Shown here piece after piece: positions 1 through 11,980 of a DNA stretch of 64,000 bases. Source of the DNA: Octopus vulgaris (taxonomy: Eukaryota). Every line of letters starts with the position of its first letter. The first letter of the stretch is position 1. The DNA lies in contig OX597816.1 in assembly GCA_951406725.2 (NCBI GenBank), forward strand, positions 127,906,001 through 127,970,000. Reading direction: 5' to 3'. Made by a program: the position numbers and the translations under genes. The notes below the pieces were generated by a model. It was not told the DNA's origin. It did no database searches and worked only from the letters and a program-made list of their open reading frames with translations.

Positions 1-85
1 CACACACATCATATCTTCATTCAATAATCAATTGCATTGTAATTTTTGATAAAGTATCATTTCAGTGGGGGTTGGAAATTTTTGC

Positions 86-330
86 TTCTTTCATCATTAA
101 ATCTGTGACTTTATGATGATACATTTTTAAAACAATTGGTATTATAGCTGATCATTTCTCATGTGTACAAACCAACTTTAAAATAAAATTTAGAATTTCT
201 TGCATACAGTTCTTTCATCATTAAATTGTGATTTAATGTACATTTTTAAAACAATTGGTATTATAGCTGATCATTTCTCATGTGTACAAACCAACTTTTA
301 AATAAAATTTAGAATTTCTTGCATACAGTT
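86..330. repeat. Direct tandem duplication, 2 x ~120 bp
   Basis: TTCTTTCATCATTAAA...AGAATTTCTTGCATACAGT occurs at 86-209 and again at 210-330, with only small indels near the unit start. Confidence 0.9.
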
Positions 331-1149
331 ACTATCCTCACTCAAACTTAAGATTAGGTGTAGGTGGATTAAAACTGGCTTACTAGGTTGATAGTATTAT
401 TACTATTGCTAACTGCTATAAAGTCAAATAAGATTAGTGTTCTTAATATATATTCAAGTAATACTTTATAAAGGTCATACTCTCTTTATCACTCCACAGG
501 TTCTTTTATTTTCAGTGGTGTGCTAACATGAACAGACTTGTTAATAAGTGATACTGCTATATATTATAGCTTATCTTGAAAACAGTATAAAATTATAAGT
601 AGCATATGCTGCGCTTAAATGTAGAACTCATAGTAGAAGAGATTTACAAAATAGATTAGAAAAAGTTTGTGGAAAAATGTCATTAATTATTATTTTTTGT
701 TTTATTTTGTGCACATGTGTGTAGTTATCTGTTTGTCATCTATTTTTCTGTATTTATGTGGTTTGTACATATATTCACCGCAGTTAATTTTTACGCACCT
801 CAGTTTACCATCACAATATCTATGAAAACTAAATAGATTTAACTAGTAAACTGTAATTCCCCTAAAAGCATTTCCTCATCAAAGATATTCAACTATTTGA
901 AAATATGTATTTGAAGTAGACAATATCATAAATTCATATCCACTTTTTTTTATCCCTTATTTAATATCCTCCTATCTCTAAATTTTTATATCACATATTG
1001 AGCAAATTGTGCTTTATTTTCAATATAATTTTTATTTGTGTGGAATATTATTAGTTGTTAGTCCAAGAACTTAAAAAATTCCCTGCTGCCAGTGTATCCC
1101 TTTCAGAAAGAATTTATTGAAATTAATATGATTGATCATTTAGAATGCA

Positions 1150-2250
1150 AAATAAGCAAATAAACTATGCGTATCTGAATGGTTTTATTGAAATATGAAC
1201 TCGTAACTTAATATCAAAACCATAGCACTTCTTAGACTAGAGAACAATATAAACTAGTTGTTTGGTGAGAAAAAAATCTATAATTATATGATCCAACCTG
1301 ATTAATGTAGAGGGAAATTACCTGCAGGTTAAGTATGCTTTCTTGAGTCAGAACAATAAGGAATAACTGAAAGTGATATGGTTAATGTGGAGTTGAAGTT
1401 TGAAAAGTTAGTAGTGTGTTTAGCATGTGAGAAAAAACAGGATTTGCTTGGAAAATATTTTGAAGTTTTAAACATAATTTTGTTTGTTATAAAGTAAAAT
1501 ACAAAAATATTGATTTTACATTTTGGCACAAGACTAGCGATTTTGTGGGAGGGGATTTGGTTACATCAACCCTTGTGATCAACTGGTACTTATTTTATCA
1601 ACCCTGAAAGGGAAAAAGTCAAAAGTGATCTCAACAAAATTTAAATTCAGAACAGAAAGAGGGATGAAATACTGCTAAGCATTTTGCCAAACCTGCAAAT
1701 GATTATGCCACCTTGCCACAGAAATATTAAAAAATAGCATTTATAACTATGATAGGTAAACTATAGAAATGAAATCAGTGAATGAGATATATCTTAAAAT
1801 GATGCAGTTTATATTCTGCAGAGAATGTTGCTGCTTTTTATAGTACAGTTGTCCAAATCATTCTGCCAGAAAAACACCAACAAAAGACATTAAACTGTGA
1901 GTGATGATGCTTCCACAGCAGCAATATTCGATTTTTTGTTAAAGAAAGAATATATACTAGCCAACATTCTGATCATGTCTGTATAGTATGATAGACTGTA
2001 TGATACATAAAGAACAGTACTGTACATACAGTTTTTGCTGCAAGAGAATTAATGTTCAAGTTTAACTAGCATGAAGTAAAATAATTTGACAATAAAACAG
2101 ACACAGAAAAAATGCACTATTTATGCAATATTTTGGGGACATTTTAAAATACAAATGTCTTATAAATTCTTTGGAAATAATAGTTGAAATTTACATAAAT
2201 TTGTCCTAAAGTTTCAAGTTAACTAAATTCCTCTACTTTACATTCTTTAT
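1150..2250 (+). pseudogene. Highly decayed hAT (Charlie-like) transposase remnant, interrupted by a SINE
   Basis: Broken-frame peptides MIQPD*C (~xIQLDES), VSDDAS (~TDGA) and DCMIHKEQYCT (~HCxIHxExLCxK) appear in hAT order. Many stops; boundaries approximate. Confidence 0.35.
1510..1718 (-). mobile_element. tRNA-type SINE, family A, older copy
   Basis: Shares the core ACTGGTACTTATTTTATCAACCCTGAAAGG...GCTAAGCATTTTGCC with the copy at 6103-6306. Confidence 0.75.
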
Positions 2251-2470
2251 GATATTTTAAGATGTTTCATTTTATATAGTGATATAGTATATGTGTAAGT
2301 ATCTCTGCTTGTGTATTTACTGTTCCTGTTTGTAGATCATGAGTATTTAAGGAGATAAATTACTTTCTTCATTCACCTAAGAAGAAATTATACTGAAGAA
2401 ACATATCTCACTGCTTTCTAATTCCTTTATTGTATTGAAGACCAACGCTTTATCTTATTAAATGGATTGC

Positions 2471-2543
2471 CTAATTTTAATTTGTATTCCTTTTTCATTT
2501 TTTTTAGGTAAGTTATGGTTCTTTCTGCTGACAAAAGGTGAGA
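2471..2543 (+). promoter_or_regulatory. Candidate recursive splice site (3'SS abutting 5'SS) with 30-nt RS-exon
   Basis: CTAAT branch-like motif at 2471-2475, pyrimidine tract TTCCTTTTTCATTTTTTTT, AG at 2506-2507 followed directly by GTAAGT, and a second donor AAG|GTGAGA at 2538. Confidence 0.4.
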
Positions 2544-3219
2544 AGTATTAAAAGTATAAACCTATATTGATTCATCTCAAAGGTATTTTTGTTAAAATTT
2601 ATACTTGTTCTTTGAAGCATTTCTTAACTTTATACAAAATACTTATCTGTGGCTGTTCTTCCTTTTCGTTTTCTTATTACTGAGAGCTTATTTATTTCCA
2701 AGAGACAAATCAGTACTTGTGATCGTTTTTCTACTTCCTTTCTATTGTTTTTCTCCATAAGCATCTTAATGAAATATAATAAATCAACTTGTTAAGCTGC
2801 CTACTATCAGACTGCTCAAGTACTTTCATCCAACTCTTGTGCTTGTATCATGACATCGAGTCTTAGTTAGATATGTTATCTTTGATTTAGAGTCAAAAAT
2901 AGTCAAATTAGATGTGAGCAATCTTATTTTTCATTCTTAGGTATCTGGTTAATACACTGGATACTGCAAAAAAAAAAAGAAAAGGAAAAAAAAAAAGAAG
3001 TAAAAAAAATCTTAGTTTCAGTCTAGGTTTATATATTCTAGACTGCCCAGTATGTAATTCTAGTTTAGATATAACTTTGTAGGAACTAATAAATCTAAAA
3101 ACTAAAATTGTTGAATTTAATTTCAATATAGCTTGCACTTTGGTAAATATGCATATAAACTTGGTTATGTAGATAAGTGTTTGATTATGTTTCTCTCTGT
3201 TCTATACATGTATGTACGT

Positions 3220-3600
3220 TAAACCAGAGCATGGACAAGAATAAGTCCAATGTATTTGGTGTGGAGACAAGAGTGTTCTTGGTGTTGTGTAATAGGTTTG
3301 GCCTTGTTTAAAACTCAGTAAGATTTCAGATAGCTTATTGGAATCAAACTTTTTGTTTGAACTCCGTACATTATTGTAACTAAGAGAAGACAGTGATTAA
3401 AAATCTAATTGGCTCAGCCAGATCACTGAAGTGGTTGATATATGATTTATGTGACTTAATTTAGCTTTTGAGGTAGCCTAATGGACAAAATGGACCGAAG
3501 GAGGTAGAGGTAAACTGTTGTTTGGGTTGGTAGATGTATTGATTCTTCATATAGTTGATATATTATGCAATATTTATACCAGAAATGTGATGCTGTGTAG
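3220..3600 (-). mobile_element. Decayed LINE (CR1/Jockey-group) apurinic endonuclease fragment
   Basis: The minus strand gives IYQP (~IYRPP), a DFN-like stretch and PNTLDLFLS (~PNILDLFLT) in APE-domain order. Confidence 0.35.
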
Positions 3601-4199
3601 CAAAAACATGAAAAGTAAAATTAAGAGTTGCTGTGATTAAAGAGGAAGAAGCTGAGTGTAATCAGATGTCTGTGCAATATGAACCCAGTAAATGTAAGCT
3701 GAGAAAACAAGATGTCTGCTCTGTGATTGTATAATGTGAACGATTGAAACATAATAGTATTAAACCTATGAAGATAATGATATGAACAATGATAGTGTTT
3801 GTGTTCATTTTCACATTCATATTAATTTTGCCTCTTTTTCTATTATAGTATTTAGATGCTCATGCAATTTTACCATTTAAACTGAAACAACGGTTATAAG
3901 GGAGAAATAGTCCTGTAACATCATAATTTAACCTCATTTTATTATTTTATACCTCAAAAATCTACCACTCAGACATTATTTTATGTCAGGGGGGTAACTT
4001 GTTGCAATGTTTTGTTACATCCCCTTGTATTCTGAGATCAATTTGTCTTTCATCCTTTCAGGGTTAAAGAACAGGATAGATTAAATTACTTACTTCTTCC
4101 ACCAAATATATGGCTTTGTACCATTGTCATAAAGCTTCTTTTTTTTTTTAGAATGTCAAAAATATAATCTTACTTTGTTATTGATATTGTGAGTTCTCA

Positions 4200-5050
4200 G
4201 AAAGCAAAAGTCTCCAAATTAATTATAAACTCTTTATTTTCATTCTCTTGTTTATATTGTTTTTTTTTGTCTATGAATTCATCTACACTGGATTACATTT
4301 TGATTTAATTTGAAATACACTCTTGTTCACTCGTTGTTTACTTAGCTAAAACTTCTGGCAGTCATTTTTTTCACAAACCATCTTGTACCTATTTAATTAT
4401 GTAATTAATTTCAAAGTATTTGACTCTTATGTTTATAACATTTTCAAGAAACCAAAACATTTCAAATATACTTTAAGTATCTATTGTCAAATGCATGCTT
4501 ACGTTACTAATACGTGTATCTATACAACATTGGCTTTTACAAAGACTGCCAATAATGAACAAGATGGGCTTTTTGCCAAGGTAGTTATAACTACTTGTTT
4601 CCTTTTAGCCATTACTGCCAAACCTTTTAAAGAAGATAATTTGCTTGGTACACAATGCTTGATGCTGACATCAATCAACAAATTTCCTAAACATACACCC
4701 TGGCTTCCATTAGTTTCCTCTCTTCTGTGCATAATTGGGAGCAATGTCTTCATCAATTGCATTCACTTCTTTAACAATTGCTCTTCTTTCTTTAGCTTCC
4801 AGCTATTTATCTGTCTTATTATGGCTAAATTATCTACTTTTGAAGTGGCAAGTTTGTATCAGTATTAAGGCAAATTGTTTAATAGTAAAATTTTTCAAGT
4901 TTTCCGTGAGAATATAATCTATCATGGCTATGAATTTTTGAGAGGGTTTTCTATATTTTGACTCTGCACACATTTTTATCACCCAGACTGTGAATTTATA
5001 GTTAAACAACTGCATAGTAAATGAAAACACCAATCTATACTGTGTGTCAA
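4200..5050 (-). pseudogene. Decayed hAT transposase remnant
   Basis: Minus-strand fragments EDIAPNY (~DGAPxM), QHQALCTKQ (~IHQxALCxK) and TRWF (~VRWLS) occur in hAT order, frameshifted. Confidence 0.4.
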
Positions 5051-6102
5051 GCTTCTAATGTAGTTTCTATTGATTTTTCAGACTTTGTTAATTCCTTTAT
5101 TGTTGATTGACTTTTGTTTCAGTTCTTTTCCAATATTATTTGTTATAATTTTCTATGTCATTTTATAGAATATTCCAGATTAATTTTTTTTTTAAAAAAA
5201 AAAGAGAAATTTAAAAAAAAATAAAGCAAGAAATGTGCAGTGATTTCCTATTGATGAAAATATTTTTATCCTTTAACATTTTGTTTTGGAATCAAATCTA
5301 TGATCTGAAAGTAATCTCAGGAGCTTATCAAAGAGAAAATCTTTTGTTATATTGAAGTAATCTAAACATTATTTCTTTATTTATTACTCTTAGCTCAGTT
5401 TTGGCTAAAAAGATATCGAGCTTTTTTTTTTGTGTGTGTGTGTGTGTGTGCATGCTTACTAATATTCATCTTCCTATAGTTGTTTCTCTTTTACGTAGTT
5501 GTTTTGGTGAACAAACTAAATCAGTTTCAGTATTTATACTTTGTCTGGAATACAGACTGAATTACAAGTGTGTCTTCTACGGATTCTTCTTGCATTATTT
5601 TGCTACATAATTTACTTTAATGGCTTTAAGTTTAATTTCTATACATGTATTTTCTGAAACCGCTCACTTCATTTCAATTGGTCTTTTTTATTTACTCAGG
5701 CTTATAACTTATGAAATTATCAAAAAACATGTAAATCATTATCAAATATTTATGAACTATTTTTGACCTACTATATTGTTATGATGCTTCTGATCATATT
5801 TCTCATTGATTTAGATGTTATGATGGCTATAATTCTGTTAATTATTTTGATAATAGTTTGACCATTATGATATATATATTTAATTTTACTAATAATTATG
5901 ATTATTGTAGTAATTCTCCTTCGATTACTACCATAGTTTATATTCAAAATAGTTACTTCAAGTAACATAAAATATTTTTAAGTATGACTTTATTGTATTG
6001 TAAAATATATAATATTCATTGTCTTACATGATGTACAACTTCAGAAACAAGTATTTATTTCTCAAGAACTGTACAGTAATTAGCTTTCAGACCTATTTCT
6101 AA

Positions 6103-6306
6103 ACACAGAGGGGACAAACAAGGACAGACATAGGTATTAAGTCGATTACATCGACCCCAGTGCGTAACTGGTACTTAATTTATCGACCCCGAAAGGATGA
6201 AAGGCAAAGTCGACCTCAGCGGAATTTGAACTCACAATGTAATGCAGACGAAATACCGCTAAGCATTTCGCCTGGCGTGCTAACGTTTCTGCCAGCTCAC
6301 CGCCTT
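6103..6306 (-). mobile_element. tRNA-type SINE, family A, young copy with TSD
   Basis: CpG-rich copy reading GGCGGTGAGCTGGCAGAAACGTTAGC...GAGTTCAAATTCC (B-box-like)...TCATCCTTTCGGGGTCGATAAATTAAGTACC on the minus strand. Flanked by direct repeat TATTTCTAA (6094-6102, 6307-6315). Confidence 0.9.
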
Positions 6307-7640
6307 TATTTCTAACCTCTTTGTTACCACATTTCCAATGACATACACTACCTTCATGTTTTGGTTGATTTTGAAAATAATCATTACTTACGATATATTT
6401 AGTAAAATAACCAATATTTTCATATATCGGTATATTTAGTTGGTATTTGGAACAACAAAGGATGTTGTGTAAAATTATATGAAATTTTCTTTCATTTACT
6501 TAGGAGCGCTTTAAGAGAGAGTGGTTTTGTATTGTAGGTGGTCTCCAGTTTGTTGATATTTAGGTTATGTTGGTTTGGAAATGAATGGCAACTCAGAAAG
6601 TTAGTGTTTGATAAGCAGATTGTAAGTAAGGCTTTCTGAAATAGATACAGTTTGTTCATTCTGGTATGGAAGAACATCTGCAACATTTGGATGCCCATAA
6701 TAGGGATAAAATGAAGAAAAGGTCTGTAATTATGTAGGAACTTGTATTTGTTCAATATTCTTATATGCTATGATAATAGAATGCAAATATATGTTTTAGG
6801 CATTGGTATTAACATCCTTATCCATTAATTCACTGATGACTTATGACATTATTACTCTTTGTTTAGAAATAAAAGTTTTGAGTGAAAAAAAATACAAAAA
6901 ACATCCTCATGCATGAACTGACAAAAGATGACTTCAGAAGTTCAGAAAACATTAATTACAATGAAGAAATAATTATTCTTTGAATCTCATTTGGCTACTG
7001 ACAAGGTAGAAATATATGCCAATAAGAATTCAATGACTTGTTAGGTATATATGTGTGTGTGCACTTATGGATCAGCTTTTATTTGAAACAGTATTTATTA
7101 CATAAACAAATGCATTTTCTATTTATAAGTTCGATTTTTCTTTTGTAGTTTTTGTTATGCATTTGCATACAGAATTGTAAAATTCACTTTCTTTCAATCC
7201 AAATAAAGTAGATTGATTAGAATATGTTTTCAATCAAATTAACCTAAAATATTCTAAAACCTTCATACTAGTTTTAAAAAAATCCTATGAGAAATAATTA
7301 AAAAATTGTAAAAATGTGCATGAAAACAATCTTTCCAATTTAAAGTTTCTTACTAATTTGAAAAAGAAAATAAGTGTAAAACTGTAAAAAAATGTATTCT
7401 GATATTAAGTGCATTATGTATAAAAAAAAAATCAAGGATTATCTTAAAATTTAAAACAAAGAAATCTATAGAAATTTGTAAGTTTATCACATTTTCTCTC
7501 ACTCCCAGTTAAGTATCTTTATCATCATCATATTCCCATTCTTTTTTCCTGCTGGCATGAAAAAAATATCCTGAGTGGTATTCAAAGACACTTAGTTTAT
7601 ATAAAGATTTGGTTGAAGAGGAGATCTTTTCTCTAACCTA

Positions 7641-7697
7641 TTTGAAAATAGTATGTACCACAGAACATTTTTGAAAATAGTAGGTGCCACAGAAAAT
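7641..7697. repeat. Short tandem duplication, 2 x ~29 bp
   Basis: TTTGAAAATAGTATGTACCACAGAA followed by TTTGAAAATAGTAGGTGCCACAGAA. Confidence 0.7.
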
Positions 7698-9054
7698 AAG
7701 GTGGATATTTTTCTGACCGAGTAATTTAATCCATTGGCTGACACTGACTAATATATTACAGCAAATGGATTTTATGACTTTCGTGTTCTTTGGATTCAGT
7801 AGGTAGCATAGAAAATCTAATTGAATTACTAATTAATTAATTGAATGACTTAGCAACTAATTGAAGTCCATTTTAGAAATTAAAACATCTCTAAATTGGC
7901 AATAATGTAATAATAATTTATCTGTTAAATGTTTACTTGGCACATCTCACAGAATGTTATTTCAAGACATAATTTTTTAAAATTTTATTTTGTTGTTTAT
8001 TTTTGTTTTACATGAAATTAGTAACTATTTTACACTTACTTTAAATTGGCTGCTGTATCTAATGAGACAAAATTAACCCTTTTGATAATTATAATTTTCC
8101 ACATTTTTTCTTTTTTTGATTAAATATTTTAAGTGAAGTGGGTTTTTTTTAAATAAGTAAATTTAATATGCAACAGAAAATTAATAAGGAAGAAAATAAG
8201 CAATCAAATATTTGGAAAAGTGTGGCAAAGTCTTAGAGTAAAAGAAAAATGTTCTAGAAAATTTTAAAAGTTGAAAGCAGTTCATCATCATCATTATCAT
8301 CATCATTATCACCATCACAACGTCTACAATAACAACATCAAATATAAAATAAAAACAGTAAATCTTATTTCTCTGAGAGCTAAATAAAAATAAAATATAA
8401 AGTCATGTGGAATATCAAAAGCAGTCAACTTCCCTGGCAAATTAAATATTTTTCGTTTCAACTATAAACTATATGAAAAAATCTTAATGTTTCTTACAGA
8501 AATTAGAAGCTGGAAAAGTAAAAAAAATATATTAGTAATAGTTAATATATTATATCCTCCCATATACATGTACGTGTGCTGTTTTCATTCCTAATTATAT
8601 TTTCCAAACATTTTCTTTTAATTTACTCATTTGATAAGATGATTTTCTCTAAAATTTAAGCATTTTTCATATCCATTTCTTACATGAATTTCTTGGATTG
8701 TTATATTTTCACCTGTCTAATTGAGATATTTGTGCCTTTTCTGTGCATATTTTAGCTTTCTGATATTTTCGTACCTTGCATTTTCTCTTTTGTTAATCAG
8801 TTTCATTTTTTTCTTTTTAAATTTCCCTAGTACAATATCTCAAGCTCTTTACAGCTTCCCATTACTTCTATTTTCATTACAATCTGGTTATACTTAAGGA
8901 TTTTCTAATGTAGGTTTTCATCTCCTTTTCACTACTCCTCATCATATACAAGCTGTTTAAAAACCTTTTTTTGTGTTTACTAATGTAACATATTTGTGAT
9001 GAAATTTTGTTTGTGTAGTTCTTTAGATTTTTCTATTCAAGATTTTTCTATTGT

Positions 9055-9242
9055 GCGGGTGGCACGTAAAAAGCACCCACTACACTCACGGAGTGGTTGG
9101 CGTTAGGAAGGGCATCCAGCCGTAGAAACACTACCAGATCTGACTGGGCCTGATGAAGCCTTCCAGCTTCACAGACCCCAGTTGAACCGTCCAACCCATG
9201 CTAGCATGGAAAATGGACGCTAAATGATGATGATGATGATGA
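9055..9242 (+). mobile_element. RTE LINE 3'-end fragment with (GAT)n tail
   Basis: Closely matches 43081-43274 (GGCACGTAAAAAGCACCC...CCAACCCATGCTAGCATGGAAA...GATGATGAT). Confidence 0.9.
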
Positions 9243-9385
9243 AGACTTCTAGCTATTTTGACTTCTTATCCCTTTAAATTTAATAACACTATTCATTCTT
9301 CTGGTATTGTTATTGTTAATAGCTGCATTCTTTCAGTTTCTGGTGTCGAAAATATCTGGCTTGTTGCTTTAATTATGTAGTATAA

Positions 9386-9830
9386 GGCAGCAAGCTAGAA
9401 GAATTGTTAGCATGCTGGGCAAAATGCTTAGCAGCATTTCATCCATCTTTATATTCTCAGTTCAAATTGCACTGAGGCCAACTTTGCCTTTCATCTCTTC
9501 AGGATCAATAAAAAAAGTACAAGTTGAGCACTGGGGTTGATGTAATCAATGTAACCCCTTCCCCCAAACTGCTGGCCTTGTGCCAAAATTTGAAAGCAAT
9601 TTTATTTAGCAGTATTTTTAACATATCTATAGTTTAATCAGACTAAATTCAGAACAGTATGCAGTAATGTCGCCTCTGTTCTAAATTCAAATCCCACTAG
9701 TGTTGGGCATTTTCAACCCCCTTTCATTTTCCAGTGTCGATAAAATAAAATTCTATTCAAGTACTGAGGTTAATTAAATCAATTACACCATCATTCAAAA
9801 TGTGTATGGCCTTGTGCCAAAGTTAGAAAT
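9386..9830 (+). mobile_element. Two tandem family-A SINE copies (9386-9600 and a degraded ~9660-9830)
   Basis: GTTCAAAT B-box-like motif, CTTTGCCTTTCATC core and GGCCTTGTGCCAAA 3' end are seen twice. Confidence 0.75.
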
Positions 9831-10249
9831 GAAGATATTTTTTCTTTGATGGCTCCATTAAGGGTTTTTTTCACGACATATATACTGGTTCTCCTTAGTT
9901 GTGAAGAGTTGTTTCAGAGTTTTATTTTTTGTTTGTTTTTTTTTCCTTTTTTTCTTTTATACTGGAATGTAGCTAATCTACTGCTTCTTGCTGATCTTTG
10001 CTTTGTTCCTGTAATCTTTTATTTAATCTCTTTGTTTTATTAGCTTTGTTGACTGCTTTGAAGCTGGTTTAATGGTTGAATTTCTGACAACAGTAGGTTT
10101 TCTAATAAACTGTGTACTGGGCCTAAGTAAATATATTGATGGAACCCTGTGTGCCAATTCTTGTTATGCGTTTTCATTTAAATACTGCTGCTGCTACTAC
10201 TATCTCTAAAAACTCTACTTCTATTAATAATAATAACAACAACAATGAT

Positions 10250-11360
10250 AATAGTAATTATGTAGGCGCAAGGCCAGCAATTCTAAAGGAAAGGGTTAGT
10301 TGATACCACCAGTTATGTTTTTGACTGCTTTTCTATAAAAAAAAAAAAGATAGAAAGCAAAGCTAACTCTGGTAGAATTTGAACTCATGATGTAAAGTGA
10401 CTGGACAAATGCTTGAAAGCATTAATAATAACAGTAATAATAATCATGGTTTCAAATTTTATCATGAGGGCAACATTTTTGCATGAGAGGTCGAGTCAAT
10501 TATATCGATTCCAGTGTTCAACTGGTACTTAATTTCATCAACCCTGAAAGGATGAAAGCCAAAGTCAGCCTTTGAGGAATTTGAACTCAGATAGTAAAGA
10601 CAGACAAAATACCATTAAGCATTTTGGCCAGCATGCTAACACTTCTGCCAGTTCACCAGCTTGATAATAATAATAATAATCCTTTCTACTTTAGTTTGGT
10701 TTGAAACTTTGGGGAAGGAAGCAAGTCAATTACATTGGCCCTGGTGCTCAACTGGTACTTATTTTATCAACCCCAAAAGGATGAAAAGCAAAATTGCCCT
10801 CAGAACATAAAGAACCAAAAGAAATGCCACAAAACATTTTGTCTGACACTAACAATTCTGCTAGCTTTCTGCCTTATAAATAAAATAATAATGATAATAA
10901 TGGCGATGATGGGTATTTGGACCTGTGCCACTTTGATGATATGCATTGCTCTCTCTCTCAGTAAAAGTAATAATAATAATAATTAATGATAATAGTAATC
11001 CTTTCTACAAAAGGTACAAGACATGAAATTTGTGAGGAGGGGACTAGTTGATTATATTGATCCCAGTGTATCACTGGTAGTTAATTTATCAACCCCAAAA
11101 GGATGAAAGGCAAAGTCAAACTTGGCAGAATTGGAAGTCAGAGTTAATACCAACAACAACAATAATTAGTTCTGATTTATGTACAAGACCAGCAAGGACT
11201 TAGTCACTATCATCTAATGGATACTTTGTTTTATTGAACCCTGTGAGATGAAAGGCAGTATTGACTCACATAGGATTTGAATTCAGAGCTTAGAGTCAGA
11301 ATTAATACCTCAAGGCATTGTGTCCAATGCTCTAAAGATCCTGCCAGTTTGTTGCTTTAT
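10250..11360 (-). mobile_element. Array of about five co-oriented family-A SINEs separated by (AAT)n
   Basis: The core GATGAAAGGCAAAGTC...GAATTTGAACTCA recurs near 10350, 10550, 10780, 11100 and 11250, with AAT runs between copies. Confidence 0.8.
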
Positions 11361-11412
11361 AATAATAACAATAAGTTTGCCTTATAATAATAATAATAAT
11401 AATAATAATAAT

Positions 11413-11948
11413 TGCCCTGGTGCAATACTATGCACTAGCTCTCATGGCTTCTGATCTTAACCGATTAGAAATGCTATAATGTACATATTTTGTCTAGGTA
11501 TAAAAGATGGGTTACAGCAAATATTCTGCTCAGTACCACAGATTTGCCTGTCAATTGTTTGACCTTAACAAGTTGAGCATGTTCCTTTGGTGGGAGACAA
11601 TATGTGCATCTCTGATCACACGCAGGAGTAGTGGAGGAGCATCATAGCCATGTATTGAGAGGAATTGAATAATTCACTTCTGGAAACATGGGTGTTTCAT
11701 TCAACACCCTTAAACAACCCTTATTCAGGGACCTTTTGAGCAGGATTGGCTACTTGACTTGAAGAAAATCCTAACTGGGCCTCACCTGCAAGGTCATGCA
11801 CTGCTTTACAAGGTTACCATGTTGTGCACACATGGTTGTGATGCATGTGCCTGGTGTACCCTTATCAGACAATTCGTCATGATGGGTATATTGGGCTTTG
11901 TGTATTTGTACCCCAGTGTCACTTTGGTGGAATGCATTGCTATGTCAC

Positions 11949-11952
<4 letters not shown>
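11413..11952 (+). mobile_element. Unclassified retroposon-like repeat embedded in (TAA)n
   Basis: GC-richer ~540-bp block with (TAA)n on both sides. Its 3' end (GATGGGTAT...CACTTTG...ATGCATTGCT) also occurs as a short 5'-truncated copy at ~10905-10960. Confidence 0.6.

Positions 11953-11980
<28 letters not shown>

Noticed and set aside
4383-4868. 161-aa + strand ORF
   Set aside because: Non-ATG start and no recognisable motifs; better explained as the antisense of a decayed hAT transposase.
8540-10180. Strand-biased sequence suggesting an old minus-strand ORF between the SINEs
   Set aside because: No identifiable protein motifs.
10250-11360. CRISPR-like repeat-spacer array
   Set aside because: The units are divergent ~200-bp SINEs with microsatellite spacers in eukaryotic DNA, and there are no cas genes.
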